Shown here piece after piece: positions 48,141 through 60,872 of a stretch of DNA of 64,000 nt (positions are counted from its first letter, which is position 1; each line of letters starts with the position of its first letter). Source of the stretch: Callorhinchus milii (Eukaryota); assembly GCF_018977255.1 (NCBI RefSeq), contig NW_024704768.1, positions 1,674,001 to 1,738,000 on the forward strand, written 5' to 3'. The position numbers and the translations under genes were made by a program. Under the pieces are notes generated by a model. It worked only from the letters and a program-made list of their open reading frames with translations, did not search any database and had not been told where the DNA came from.

Positions 48141-51100
48141 GCTCTCTCTTCCGATTTCGGCGCAAGGAAATAATGGCAATGGCCGAATGGTGGGATAAAG
48201 GATGGACGCCGCTAAGATAGAAGCAAATACTGAGAGACACACAGAGAGAGGGAGAGAGGGAGAGAGGGGGTCGGTGCTATTGTACATCCAGTGACAGAGC
48301 CGCCAGGGCAAGAAGGGCGATTCAAAAGAGGTAATTACAGGCGATGGATTTTACAGACACAACTTTAGCGCCTTTGACTGATTGTCTGCGCCTCAAAACC
48401 CCGACACAACATTCCTCCCGCCTCGGTTCAAAAACACCTTCAAGTTCGGGAAATCCCCAAAACAAGGCTTTTCCCACTGAAACCGTATCAGGAAAAAAAA
48501 TCAATATGATCTGGATGATCACACCCCGCTTTTTGATCAAACACTTTTCTCTGTCACGCCGCCTCACATCAATCGCGCACAATAATGAGGGCACAAAAAA
48601 TGTTTTTATATCAGTTATTTTTTTTGGTGGGTGGGGGGTTGCAATGTGAAATTCGTTTTAAAAATAATATATTCAGATCATCTGCAAATTGTGGCAAGTG
48701 AGATGCCGTAGTTTTTTTTTACTGGCAAGACTTGTTTCAATGAGTAAGTCAGGGGAAACCCTAATGCAACTGAATTGCTTGTACCTCACAGAGGAAGGAA
48801 GGGAGACTGGTATTTAATGAACTACAAACCGACTGAAATGGTGCATATTCTCTCTGTGCTCAAACTATATTCAAAGATCGATTTTAGCAACAGTTCTACC
48901 ACCTACCATCCACTACCACTCCCCCATCCACACGCACACACACACACACTCACACACACACACACACACATTTTACGCGGAGTCCTCTTCACGCCTCACA
49001 TTGCTTTGAACCCGCTAGGATTCATTTTTCCAATGGGTAATGTTACATCTTTCAAATCATTTTCTTAGACTGGTGGGTGGGGGGCGGTGGTGTGGGGGTG
49101 GGGACGGGCGGGGGTGGGGGGGATTCTTCGTACCAGTTAAATCAAATTGACCAAATCCCTGGCTCGTTCTCCGCGTTTAAACGTGAACCCACAGACAGCA
49201 ATTAGCCGGCTTGTTTACACCCTTATCTGTACAAATAATCCAAAGATATCTGGTCAGACTACATGTTTTTCTTCATCATTGTCACCTGAAAGAGTATGAA
49301 ACTAAGACTAGACACAAGTTCCATCATCAATTGGCATTTACAGTACTGGAGCTGCTTTTGGGGGGGATGTGTGTGTGTGTGTGTGGGGGGGGGGGGGGGT
49401 TATAGCAATTTCTAACCTATACAAAGATAACTATTATTTACCCCAAATATCAACGTATTTTCGATGCAAATAATGCACTGAGCCTTGAGATCTTAAGCAA
49501 TGCTAATATGACACCATTTTCCCCCCTCAAATTATTTCCCGTTAGGTTTACTTGCATTTCTCAAACAGAAAATTCCTCTTTTTTTCGTTTGCTGAGTGAG
49601 CATCAGCGGTTGTACGCAGAACAAATGAAGGTTGGAGAGATTGTATGAGTCAATAACTTGGGTCTCTGGTTTTATAAAAGACAGCCTTCGAAGCAAACAG
49701 TGCGCATTCCTCAAAAAAAAACGCCATTCCTACTTTGAACCTAACATTTCAAGCAAACCATTTCTATCAATTGCTTCTCTCCCTCTATAGTTTCTTTTTT
49801 TCAGGCGAAATGCAGACGCCTCAAGTCATTATCCCCAAACCAAGATTAGATATATTCTACCCAGCGCAGGGATTGCTGACGGGGGTTTGAACACAGCACA
49901 GTATAAAAAGGAAGGTCACATTCGACTGGAATCAAACGTCCCCGGGTTCTATTCACAACAATATAGGATAAGGCTTAACCCACAGAAATGAGCAGTGCAG
50001 AAGCAGATTTTAACCTATTAATTGTGCCACTGATTCAATGGCGTTTCTAACTTTCATACATAGAAACCAATACCTTTCGATTTAAATGCTCGTTGTGAAT
50101 ATCATTCAATATCATTTCAGTTTACACTGGTAAGAGTTATACGTATATAATATTATATATATGTGTGTGTCCTTACCGCCTGTATCTTCTGTATTCTTTC
50201 CCTGCATCACACTTACCGCTCTGTTTCTGTTTGTTTCACACTCCTTTCTCGTCCCAGTCTATTTTTCTGCTTCTCTCTCTCTGTTTATTATTTGTCTCGC
50301 CCAGTGTGCTTCTGCAAACAGTCTGATTGGAATCGAGGTCTCTCTCTCTCACACACACACTATCTATCCATCTCTCTGTTTCTCTGTCTGTTTGTCTGTC
50401 TGTCTGCTAGTCTGCCTGTCTCGCCGTCTCTCTCCTGTCTTTCTCGCTAGCTTCTCTTTCTCTCGCGTTCATGTGCACAGTGTCTGATATTCAACTAATA
50501 TACAAAATTCAAACATAATCTATCCAATCGCACAGTCCTAAACGCACATAACTTACTCCACACAATAAAATACCATCTTATTGGGGAACAACATCCTTGC
50601 AAAGCGACAATTGTATATTTTCATAGGTGCATTTAATTCTTGAAATTCCTCCTTGACGTGGATCAGCTTTTGATGTTTACTTTTTTAAAAAAAAACTTTT
50701 GTCTGAAGTTGAAGTTTTAAGGGCAGAGTCGTTTCATTTCAGTTTGCGCTGGTAGGAGTTAAACCTACATTTGTGTAGATTTTCTCAGAGTTTAAAAGAA
50801 ATTCATTTTTTAAAAGAAAATTAAGTTCCTAACAGCGCAAACACACTTTAGTTAAAAATTGAAAGCGATTGTTCATTATTATCTTTGACTTCTTTGAAAA
50901 AACATATTAACGTACAATTAACACAAAACTCGCTAACTGCACCTAATCAGCCCGAATGCATCTGATCACAGTGCGCCGTTCCATTTATAAATACAATATA
51001 AAACAATTTATCTTTTTTAACGAAAGTAAATGTTATTAATAATAATAGCAGCAGACACTTATTTCCATAACCTTCATAACTTGAGTGAATTAATGTGCAT

Positions 51101-51542
51101 TGAAAACAGGTCTCTCTCTCTAAATAAATAAAACATTTTCAGGAGATTAAACACAAACAGGGGCAACAGTTTAGAGAAGAGATACAGTTCACAAATTCAT
51201 CCAAATGATTCTGACACTTTTCTGAACACACTAGTTGGTGTCCATTTAACTGTGCTCACCCATTTTCCATTAAGATTCGTCAAATTGACTTCCGCCTCTT
51301 TATCTTAGCTTTTCAGCGGGATTGGAAAATGCATATGTATTTATTTTTTAAAAAAATTAAAAATGCATATACACATATACTTGCCATCTGGTATTTTTTT
51401 GGAGCATGGAAGCATTTAAAATTGGATGGAAACACTCGTCCTAGAGAAGATTTGACTAGAAAGACCCGCAAATAACTTAGTCAATCGCATCTCCAATGCC
51501 GCGGTCAAGACACTGTTTGGAATCGGGGGATAGATAATACTT

Positions 51543-51645
51543 GCCCTTGATGAAAACGAACTGACGTAATTAAGGCAGTTTCTTGTTGTCGAGTTTAAAC
51601 CCGATCCCAACAACATGAAACTACCTAAACCACACATCAGTTGGA
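51543..51645 (-). ncRNA. MIR196A: microRNA precursor mir-196a (HoxC-linked, mir-196a-2 type); mature 5p at 51627-51606
   Basis: Minus strand reads TAGGTAGTTTCATGTTGTTGGG (exact mature miR-196a), a short loop, then the complementary arm CTCGACAACAAGAAACTGCCTTA (51593-51571). Canonical position between Hox10 and Hox9. Confidence 0.97.
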
Positions 51646-53390
51646 CAAAACAGGCGCGAAATCCGGCAATGGTCCTATTTGAAACCTCGATTTTTTTTTT
51701 CTGTTCTGTGCTTTGTTTTCCTGAATAAAATCCCACTTTCGCGTTGCCCTTCAACTTAACTGAACGAAAACTCTTTGCTTTAAGGAAAGCACCAGCTGAA
51801 CATCCTTTTTTTTAAAAACTTAAAATATCTTTTGAAAACCGCGTGCGTCGAAAGGGAAAAGGGGAGGTAGGGAGAGGGAGAGAGAGAAAAGGGCAAGATT
51901 GAACGAAAAATGCATTCTGTGGTTTGATAGAATCATCTGGACCGCGAGAACGAAGGGAAGTGAGGGAGGGGAGAATTTGGGTTAGCAAAAAAAAAGGAAA
52001 GTTTGGATTCGCTAAGAAAAATATAAACTGCACTTGTTCAACACAAGATATAGAATTTGCATTGAATCCAAATAACAATGTATTATCCAGCTCCCACGTA
52101 GAACTAAATATAATTATACACGTTTATCTATGTGTGCATCTATACATGGTTTTACGTGTGTAAAAAAACATGTACATTGATGTGCTTTCAAATTGTCTTG
52201 AGGATTAAATTATATAAAAAANGTTCTTACCTTTCTAATTCCCAGTACATCCTGGTTTAATCTAGTCTCTGCGGTGCCTGCTGATGATGTTCGCCCCAGT
52301 AAAGGAGGAATCTTGTCTTAATCTGGGTGTCGAATCCATACACTGGTAGTGCCTCTCACTTCTTCCTTCCTCTCTCCTCCAGTCACCTTTAAATGCATCT
52401 TTATGCTGCGCGCATTATATTTGAAGATCATAAAATCCACCTCCAGTCCTCACTACAACTGTCCTGACATTACTGCTTTATGACCTTGACTGATTGTGGT
52501 CACCTGTATAATATTTAAATCAACGTTACAGGCGCTGGGTAATATTAAAGCGCCCAGATTCTTCCCTCCCCCTCCCTCCCTCCTGAAAAATCTGGAGGAA
52601 TGTTCCATCACCACAGACAGAGTCAAAGTGATTAAAAATTCTAAACCCCCCGAAATAAACACATCGATTTATTCAGATCTGTGAAGCACGACACTACATG
52701 CATAAGACACCACACGCGCACACACACACACACACACACATACTCACACACGCACGCACACACACAATATATATATATATATATTTAAAAAAAACATTTA
52801 TCATTTACTGCCAGCTTGCTTCGTTTCTAGATATGACGAGCACTATCTTCCTACCATTTCATTAAGTCTTAAATTCCACTGCAGATGTCAGATATAGTGA
52901 AGACATTGTCTGGTGGCAGGAATCGGCGTTCTCTGTCAGACATTCACATCACACAGCTGTGCTCAACCAACTAGGCATTAAAATTAAAAGTTGTCCCTGT
53001 GTTTAAACTACATTTACATTATCATTTTTTTTGAGAGTGGGGGGAGGTGGGGTGGGGGAGAGTTCAAAACCTCGATTCTCTCTTTTTCTAAAACTTAAAT
53101 ACCAACGTTAGTCCATTTTCAACACATTTTAGCAAGTCATGTTTTGTCTTATAAAGATAATATTTCAACGTTGTACATTTTTGTGCTAGTTAATAATTTA
53201 AACATTTACTAGGATGGATGAAATAACACACAACGCGATCGGTCCACATGCCTATTTTTTGTTACAATGAACACACTATCCAATAACGATAGATAGATAG
53301 AAGGTGGCATTGAATGTGACATTCTCTGTAAAACAGTCTTTGGGCTCTTCGGATTTCCCCTGTTTTCACCCACAGAGAATTTAATTATAT

Positions 53391-53668
53391 TCATGAAATG
53401 GTAAAATTGGTACTCAGTTCTCGGATCCGGTTCTCCCTACTCATTTTCTTCAGCTTCATTCTACGGTTTTGGAACCAGATCTTAACTTGTCTGTCGGTGA
53501 GGTTGATGCTCTTACTGATCTCAAGGCGGCGCTCGCGAGTCAAGTACATATTGAAGAGAAATTCTTTTTCTAATTCCAGTGTTTGGTGTTTGGTGTAAGG
53601 ACAACGCTTCTTTCTTCCGCTCTTAGCTGTCAGCCAGCTTCCTGCTGCATTTTCTCTCTTGGTTTCCT
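53391..53668 (-). CDS. HOXC10: Homeobox protein Hox-C10, coding exon 2 (homeobox)
   Basis: Acceptor TTCTCTACAG|AG joins in frame to give [92 protein letters not shown]-stop. EISKSINL is HoxC10-like. Confidence 0.96.
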
Positions 53669-55955
53669 CTGTAGAGAATAACGTTTTACACTTCAGACAC
53701 AACCTCTATCTGCCCGGCAAGGCTCTCCCAGCTTATGAGCCTGGACTGTATTGCTCAATGGAGCCTAAAATTCTCGATTCTCATCCCTATTGTAACCTCT
53801 TTTATGGTTAAAAAAATAGTTTCATTACATGTAATGTTGCATTTTCACGTATGAGTCACTCTAAGTGATACCAATCAGTCAACTTGTTTTGTATTGGTTT
53901 CTTGGCTCCTCCAAAACCACTCTCCTTATTGCCGCCTTGACACTTATTTATCTGTCCGTATTTTTCGTTACAAATCGATAAGTTCAATTGTTTTTTCACA
54001 CATAATGCCACATAGAACGTGTAGACATCTTAACCAATTCAGCCCAATTAATATATATAATATATACATGCACACACGTATATACGTGTGTATACATATA
54101 CACGTATTTGCATTAATGGAAAATATTCTAAGGTTAAGGTCAAATATTCAGTTGAAATCGCAGAATGTAAGTTAATCGTAATCTTGCGATATTTACATTG
54201 CAAAGGACATTTTTAGTCTAAAGATGTGTATTTATCCACCTATTTGAGAGGGGGTGAGGAGGAAGATAAGAGTGAGTGATTAAAGCTAACAACACGCGGA
54301 GAATTTATAAAATCTCATGAAGGAGGAATACAATAGAAATGATTAGGTGTCATAACTTTGCAATTACTATGCAGAGGCCGTGAAAGACGTTATAACGGAT
54401 TGGGTTTTCTTGCACACAGACACACAGTCTTTTTCCTCAGTTGTGTGAAACGGAAAATTCTAGTCACGGCCGAGCGCATTGGAACGGATTCCCCGCCAGA
54501 AAAGACAAGAATTTGTCAATATCTAAAATGTTTAATTTGCTTGCAGAAAACGCTTCAATCTTTTCGGTTCGAGGGGTGCCTTATTCAGGGTTAGCGACCG
54601 CCGCAGTGGTCTGCAAACGGTATACTATAATTCTATGACAATCACAACAATAATAATAATATCCGCGTTTTCCTCGCAGTTTTTTAAAATTATTTTTGGA
54701 ACATTGAGATTATAGAAAACAACGGAAATAGTTATCCTACAACCAGTGTCCCTTTCATTCCCAACCGACTATTCTGTACATAAACACAATGCAGATTTCT
54801 ATGGGAATGTTATGTACTATTTCTATACTTGACCTGAAATGTTGAACTTAACCGCACACGATCCTCTCTTTCCTCTGAAGCATTTTAAAATGTATTTTGT
54901 ATTATTTTCAATAGCTTTTAATATCCCGCTAACTACAGAACTGGCCCTCGCCTTTGCAATGTATATTATAGAATGGTTCACATTTTAGTGAGTGGTGCTT
55001 TTGAGAGATGTGCATCCGATTACTGATTGTTTTTATTCTATTCTATTCTATTGTTTTTAACGAATTTCCCCACTATGCCACAAAGACAGCGAGTAACACG
55101 TTACAGGCGAATCCGATTTAACGTGTATTCTATTCTCCAATAACTTTGTTAAAATGTTACAAATTAAAAATGCCCATTTTTTTTTGAAAAAACAGTTTAC
55201 TATAAAATGTATATCCGCTTTGTTTGTCGCTTGATATGCAAAAAAGGGTTATTTCCCCCAATTTATTGCATTTTAACAAACGAAATCTACATTGCATGTT
55301 TTTGTAATTAACGCCACTCCCTTCCTCTCTCTTATTTAACATACGGTGCTTTTATTAGTTAGGTAGGGGTTGAACATTTGCATTTACGAACGTTTACAGA
55401 ACCGCGTTGGGTTCTATTTACGAGTAAATAGCGTCGGTAAAAGAAAGAACATGTTTAATTGACTTGCATTAGGTAAGTTATTCCTTCAGTTCTTACAATG
55501 TAAAAATATTTTGCGATAATAATAATAATCCTTGCGTTTGATTTTACAACTACAGAGCCAGAATGTGCTGATTTTCTCTAACTCGCGCTCAGTGCTTAAA
55601 AGTCAGATTTCATGCTACATGTTTATTCAATTGCAGAGGAGTTTATCATAACAACTTAAATATTGATTTCGTTTTTTCAAAAAAGAAAGAAAACAGTACG
55701 TTAGGTCGACTTGATCGCTGTTAAAAATGTGAACTTGATTCTGTCTTAGTCCCGGCGTTTCCCTGGTGACGTAACGAATATTTTTAGATTGCATTTTACA
55801 TTTTGAGGGTTATTTGAGACGAGGAGAGAAAGAGAAAAAAAGAAGAAATAATAGGGACCTGGGTTTCTACAGAACCTACAGTGTCGAACCGTCTGTAAAG
55901 AGCTTTACGGTGATTGTTGTCAAGTGTAGTGACTGTTTTTCTTGCTTACTCTTAC

Positions 55956-56751
55956 CTTTGAATTCAGTGTCCGAGTTTTCTGAGCTCAAATCCTGCTGTT
56001 TAGAGGCTTCAGTGACTGTTTCTGTCTCTTTGGAGGGTGTAACCCGACTAGAATCTTCTCTGTTTAACTCTTTTCTGGCAGCAACATAATTGTTCTTAGC
56101 GCTACTCGCATTTAGAGTTTTCTCACCCCCGTCACCGCCGTCCTTTTTGTTTCCGGGGCTTTTGATAAAACTCTCTGTCACGCTTGTCGGAGGTTGTTGA
56201 ATCTTGTCGATCTGTTGCAGATTCGGCGCCGAATTAAAAGCGGAGTCGAATTCAGCTGTGGTGCTGCAGTCGGGAGATTTGCCCACTGAGTAACCTTGAC
56301 TCACACGGAAATATCCGGGCACGGGGACTTCATTTTCGGTTGGGCAAGTTTCTGGCGTTAGCCCCGGGTACAGTGCACCGTCCCCGGTCGTTTTGCCTCG
56401 TTTCTCCGAACCGTAAATACAGCAGATGTTCTCTTCTTTCACCGTGGTCGGGAAAGAACAGGAAGGTAGAGTCCTGGCAACAGGTTGTTCGATCCTATAG
56501 GATTTGGGATGCTCGCCCCATCCGTCCAGTTGAGATAGGTAAGGGTAGTTGGTCAGAGCCAGATTTGAAGGATTAACCTCATCCCGTTTGGACAGAGCAG
56601 GAATTAATCCACAGTTTCGCACCCCACAGCCAAACTCGGCTCCTGCCTGCATGTACATCCCAGGATTGGAGCTGAAATTCTCACCTCTGCAAACCGCGGC
56701 CAACGGGTCCATCAGAAAGGTGTTGGCGGCCACATTGTTGGGGCATGACAT
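55956..56751 (-). CDS. HOXC10: Homeobox protein Hox-C10, coding exon 1 (796 nt; spliced protein 357 aa)
   Basis: ORF begins MSCPNNVAANTFLMDPL...YPYLSQLDGWGEHPKSYRIEQP...SCSFPTTVKEE...VPVPGYFRVSQGY, a Hox10 N-terminus. Ends at donor AAAG|GTAAGA (GT at 55955-55954), phase 1. Confidence 0.95.
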
Positions 56752-56925
56752 TTTCAAAGGGGATTTGGAGGAAGATTACAAGCGCTATAGGGCTGACATC
56801 TTTTTTTTTAGGAAAAAAAATATAAGCAACATAATTATGGATGGATTTGGCAGGCCACGTGATCAGCAGACCAATGAAATTTGAAAATGGCCTTGATGCT
56901 TCGAACTTTGGTGACGTCACACGGG
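56752..56925 (-). promoter_or_regulatory. HoxC10 5'UTR and proximal promoter
   Basis: CACGTG (56856-61), CCAAT (56871-75), YY1-like AAAATGGCC (56884-92) and palindromic CRE GTGACGTCAC (56911-20). The leader has Hox10-type CAAATCCATCC and AAAGATGTCAGC blocks. Confidence 0.7.
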
Positions 56926-59069
56926 TCAAGTTGTCTGGCGGTGGGAGTCGGCGATGGAGCAACAGCGACACCTAGCCGTGAACGGCGAGGCTGCACCCCC
57001 AGGGCGAATCCCACTCCCAGGCCGGCCCATGGCTTGCTGTGGTGTATTCCAAGGGACTCCAAGGGGGCCAAAAAAAAAACCCAGCGGTAAAGTATTTCTC
57101 AAAATTCAAAAGCAACATTTGGATATTTAACCATAAATATGTATTATATGTGACGTTTAAGACATATAGAGACGAAACCTCTGTGAACAGAATGGCGAAA
57201 ATAATTAGAATTCGGGGGATTTGAACTTGCAAGAATGTGTTGAGCACATTTTTTTTTAAAAAATTTGTAAAATGTGTCTCGGTTTGTGTTGACGGAGCAT
57301 CCACGTGAAACACGGAATTGAGACACTTTCCTTTGTTTAAGAAAAAAGCGAAGTTCGCTTAATTGAAAACACCCGTTTTCGTTTGCCGAACAAGCGGTAT
57401 TTTAGTGAACAGATTATTTCAAGTAAATTCGTAGCAATTTAGTAGAGATGAGAGCATTGTTTTTTGAATTTCATCTCAAATTTGCAAGAAATTATTCACC
57501 GTAATATTTTCTAAGACAAATAGGGAGAAAAATAAAATAGAAAGAGAACGTTTGTTTAAACAATCCTATCGAATTGTAGGTTTGTTGGGTGCGTCGAAGC
57601 GGGGAAGTGTTTTGGGCGAAGAATATATTTAAATAGCATAAAAAAGGGGAAATTTGTGTCGGAACACGTATCACACGGAAACGTGTAACGATAATGTTAA
57701 TTGCACCCCAATCAAACAAGCGCCTCCATATATTATTTGATCTATGTTGTGCTGGGAACAAAACGATTCCCTTAAAGAGTGAGATGCTCTCGGGTAAACA
57801 CGCGAAATGTCCCAGATTTTTAAAATGTGCACTTCGTTCCCTTTTTTTCTTTGAAAAACTGAATTCGCCCCGAACCAGTAAATAACCAATTAGAATCAAC
57901 GTCTCGCAATAAGCTTCTCGCAATCTTAATATAAGCAATTCAAAAAACGCGACTCTTATTTTCACGACTTTGCTTTGCATGTTTCCGTTTGCAAATTGCG
58001 ATGGGTTCGTATTTTGTATTAGTTTTATACCGTAAGTGCATTGCTAATGTGCTGCAGCGGTTTCATCCAATACCCCCAGTGACTGAACACAAGAGGCCGA
58101 TCACCAATTTCACACAACTCAAGATCGTCTGTAGTGAAACAGGAACAAAAAACAACAAATGTTCTTCACGTGTATTTCTATAAATACAAATAATGTGGTT
58201 AATTTTGAACACGTTGTCGGGGAATCACAGCTCGGTTCAGACGGCCAAAACAGAAACATTTGTTTTAGTGTCTTCCCGCATTTATTCGCAATAAACATTG
58301 AATTAAATGGTCTTCGTATGTTTGAGGTGCAGGAAGGCCTATAATTTCTTTGTTGTAAAACTAATAAATGCAAATGCAAACGGAAAGAAAAACACTTCAT
58401 AAAATAAACCGGCAAAGAATTCAGGGTAGAGTATTTTTAACGTTTTGCCTCAAGGTCAAGATTTTGGTACAGACTTTGAAATAGACTTTGGCTCTGTATG
58501 TGTGTCTGCGTCTGTGTGTGTATTCCTGGCGCCAACTCCCAGAACTTTCCTTCTGAAATCTCTCTCAGCAACAAAGAATACTTTAAATTGAGACACGAGG
58601 CACAGACAGGGAATTAAAAAGTTGCGCCTTTTGAAGCGAAACCAAATGGATTGCTATTTCTAGAATAAATAGAGTATTTGATAACCTTGGTAGTTCTGGT
58701 GTTTTTTTNAGCAAAAGATACGCTAATTGTATTCGTGTGGGATTTATTTTAAAACGAGACCCAGAAAGGTTGGCTTTGTGCCCAGTTGAAAGAATTTGTA
58801 TCAAATTTCACTCAATTTAAACTGAATAGATTTCCTTTTTTCCCCTCCTCCGCATATCAAAACATGCATTAATTAACGAGAAATATTCAAAGTGATGGTT
58901 TTCATTCAAACAAATTAATATATGTAATATATACAATATATACGTGAGTGTTGGAGGAGGGTTCCAATCTGAATTAAGTGTGGAAAAGAATATAGGTCAG
59001 GGATATTATGAGATTTTTTCGATGCTCAACCTTACTCATACTATCGCAGCGATATGCATACATCAGCGG

Positions 59070-59660
59070 CGCGTGTGTTTGTATCTGTGTATATGTTGAT
59101 TATGCATATAATAATTTATGTATGCTTCAGACACATTCCGAATGTGTCTCTGTATATGCGCATCTATGCACAAATGTGCATATATATTATCTATGTACAT
59201 ACATAAATGTATATAAATATATATGTACAGGGTGATCAAAAAGTCGTGACACTATTACAATGTCTAATAAGTCTTAAAGAAACGACGATACATTTTTTTN
59301 AGAGAATATGGTAGATGCCGCGACTTTTTGGTCAGCCTGTATATATAGTGTGCCTGTGCATGTGTGCGTGTGTTTGTCTATGTGTGCGCGTGTATACGTG
59401 TATATGTATACACATGTCAAAGCTTTCATTTGTACCAGAATGCCCAAATGTGCATATGTACCGTGAACATATATGTGTCTATGTGTGGGTATACTTGGGG
59501 GTGTATGTGTCTGAATTTGTGTGTGTGTGCTTTCGAGGTGAGAGGAGATACATGTGGGGTTGTGTATCCGTGTGTGTGTGTGTGTGCCAGTAGATATGTG
59601 TGTGTGTATGTGTGCCTGTGGATGTGTGTGTGTGTGTCTGGCTATGTGGGTGTGTGCTTG
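59070..59660. repeat. Degenerate (TG)/(TA)-rich low-complexity tract hosting the MITE
   Basis: Long TGTG/TATG runs. Confidence 0.65.
59228..59339. mobile_element. Tc1/mariner-type MITE (112 bp)
   Basis: Terminal inverted repeats CAGGGTGATCAAAAAGTCGTGACA / CAGGCTGACCAAAAAGTCGCGGCA (20 of 24 identical), flanked on both sides by TA. Confidence 0.78.
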
Positions 59661-60624
59661 TGAAAGATTTAATTTGTACCAGAAAATAACAGCATCTAAT
59701 TTCCGTTAGAGTGTCTGTAAGTTTTTTTTCTCTTTCTTGTGAAACGCCCTCCACCTGTTTTGCAGCATTTGGATTTCCGGCGGGAGCAGATTTCCAGCGA
59801 GCCCAGGAGCAAAGAGGTCATTAGCTGACTAATTCTGAATATTGAAAATTAAACTGAAATTGATAGACGTGACCTCCGGGGGGAGGAAAGAAAGAGGCAG
59901 CAACTTGAAAAGTAAATAGGATGAATTATTTGTTTTTCTTGTTGCTGTTGGTCTTAAAGTTTGTTCTTAAAAAAGTCAGTTCAAATAAATATAATTTATA
60001 AATAAATATAAATAGTATCAAATGAACAATAACTGAAGAGTTGAGTCAATATATTGAACACGAGCTAAACTTGGATCTTGATGAAAACTAACTAAACCGT
60101 TATAATTATATACACAGCTGACATTGGGAATGCATTTGGATGTTTTCACCGATTCAGGTACAATTTTGAACCCAATTTAAGAAAGCTTACATTTTGGGAT
60201 AAAGCTTCAATTCTAAAGAGAGTTTCCCGTTTGTTTGGATGTGTCCTGTACAGTAGCCATTATCTCGCATTCTCACGCAATTAATTTTAGATGCAGAGGG
60301 TATTAGAACGTATAAGAAAAGTTCGGTTGCATTTCACTCGCAGCTGATTTAAGGCCCATAATCTCTTTTCTTTTAACAACTCGTAACTGTAACCGACAGT
60401 CATGGAAACTGGATAGTGGCGATAGTGTTCTGCATCGGGACACTAAATGGCTGAGTAAACAGAGAATTGCCCAAGTGCTTCTGTAACTCTCTCGCTATCT
60501 GGTGTGTGCACATATCTGCCCATGTACGCCATTATACATGTGTAAATCCACCCAATTGTACTGTATCCGAATGTCCACTTTTTATCCCAGTGCAACGAAG
60601 GTGGGTAGATTTTTGTTAGGTGAT

Positions 60625-60745
60625 GGTATCAAGGGATATGAAGCAAGGGCGGGTAATTTGAGTTGAGGTATAGATTAACCTTGATCTTATGGGAATGGTG
60701 GAACAGGCTCGAGGGGCTGAATGGCCTATTCCTGTTCCTATGTTT
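60625..60745 (+). mobile_element. CR1-type LINE 3' end
   Basis: GGTATCAAGGGATATG...GAATGGTGGAACAGGCTCGAGGGGCTGAATGGCCTATTCCTGTTCCTATGTT, a typical chondrichthyan CR1 tail. Confidence 0.8.
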
Positions 60746-60763
60746 GTATGATATGGATACAGT

Positions 60764-60872
60764 TTCACCCACAACATATGCAGTAAATTCACTTTACAGT
60801 ATCGTCTGTGAAGCCTTTTGAGACACCTTAAAGATGTGAAAGGTGCGATGTCAAATGCAAGCATTATTATTA
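60764..60872 (+). mobile_element. 5'-truncated SINE tail
   Basis: TTCACCCACAAC...TTCACTTTACAGTATCGTCTGTGAAG...TCAAATGCAAGCATTATTATT. Confidence 0.78.
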
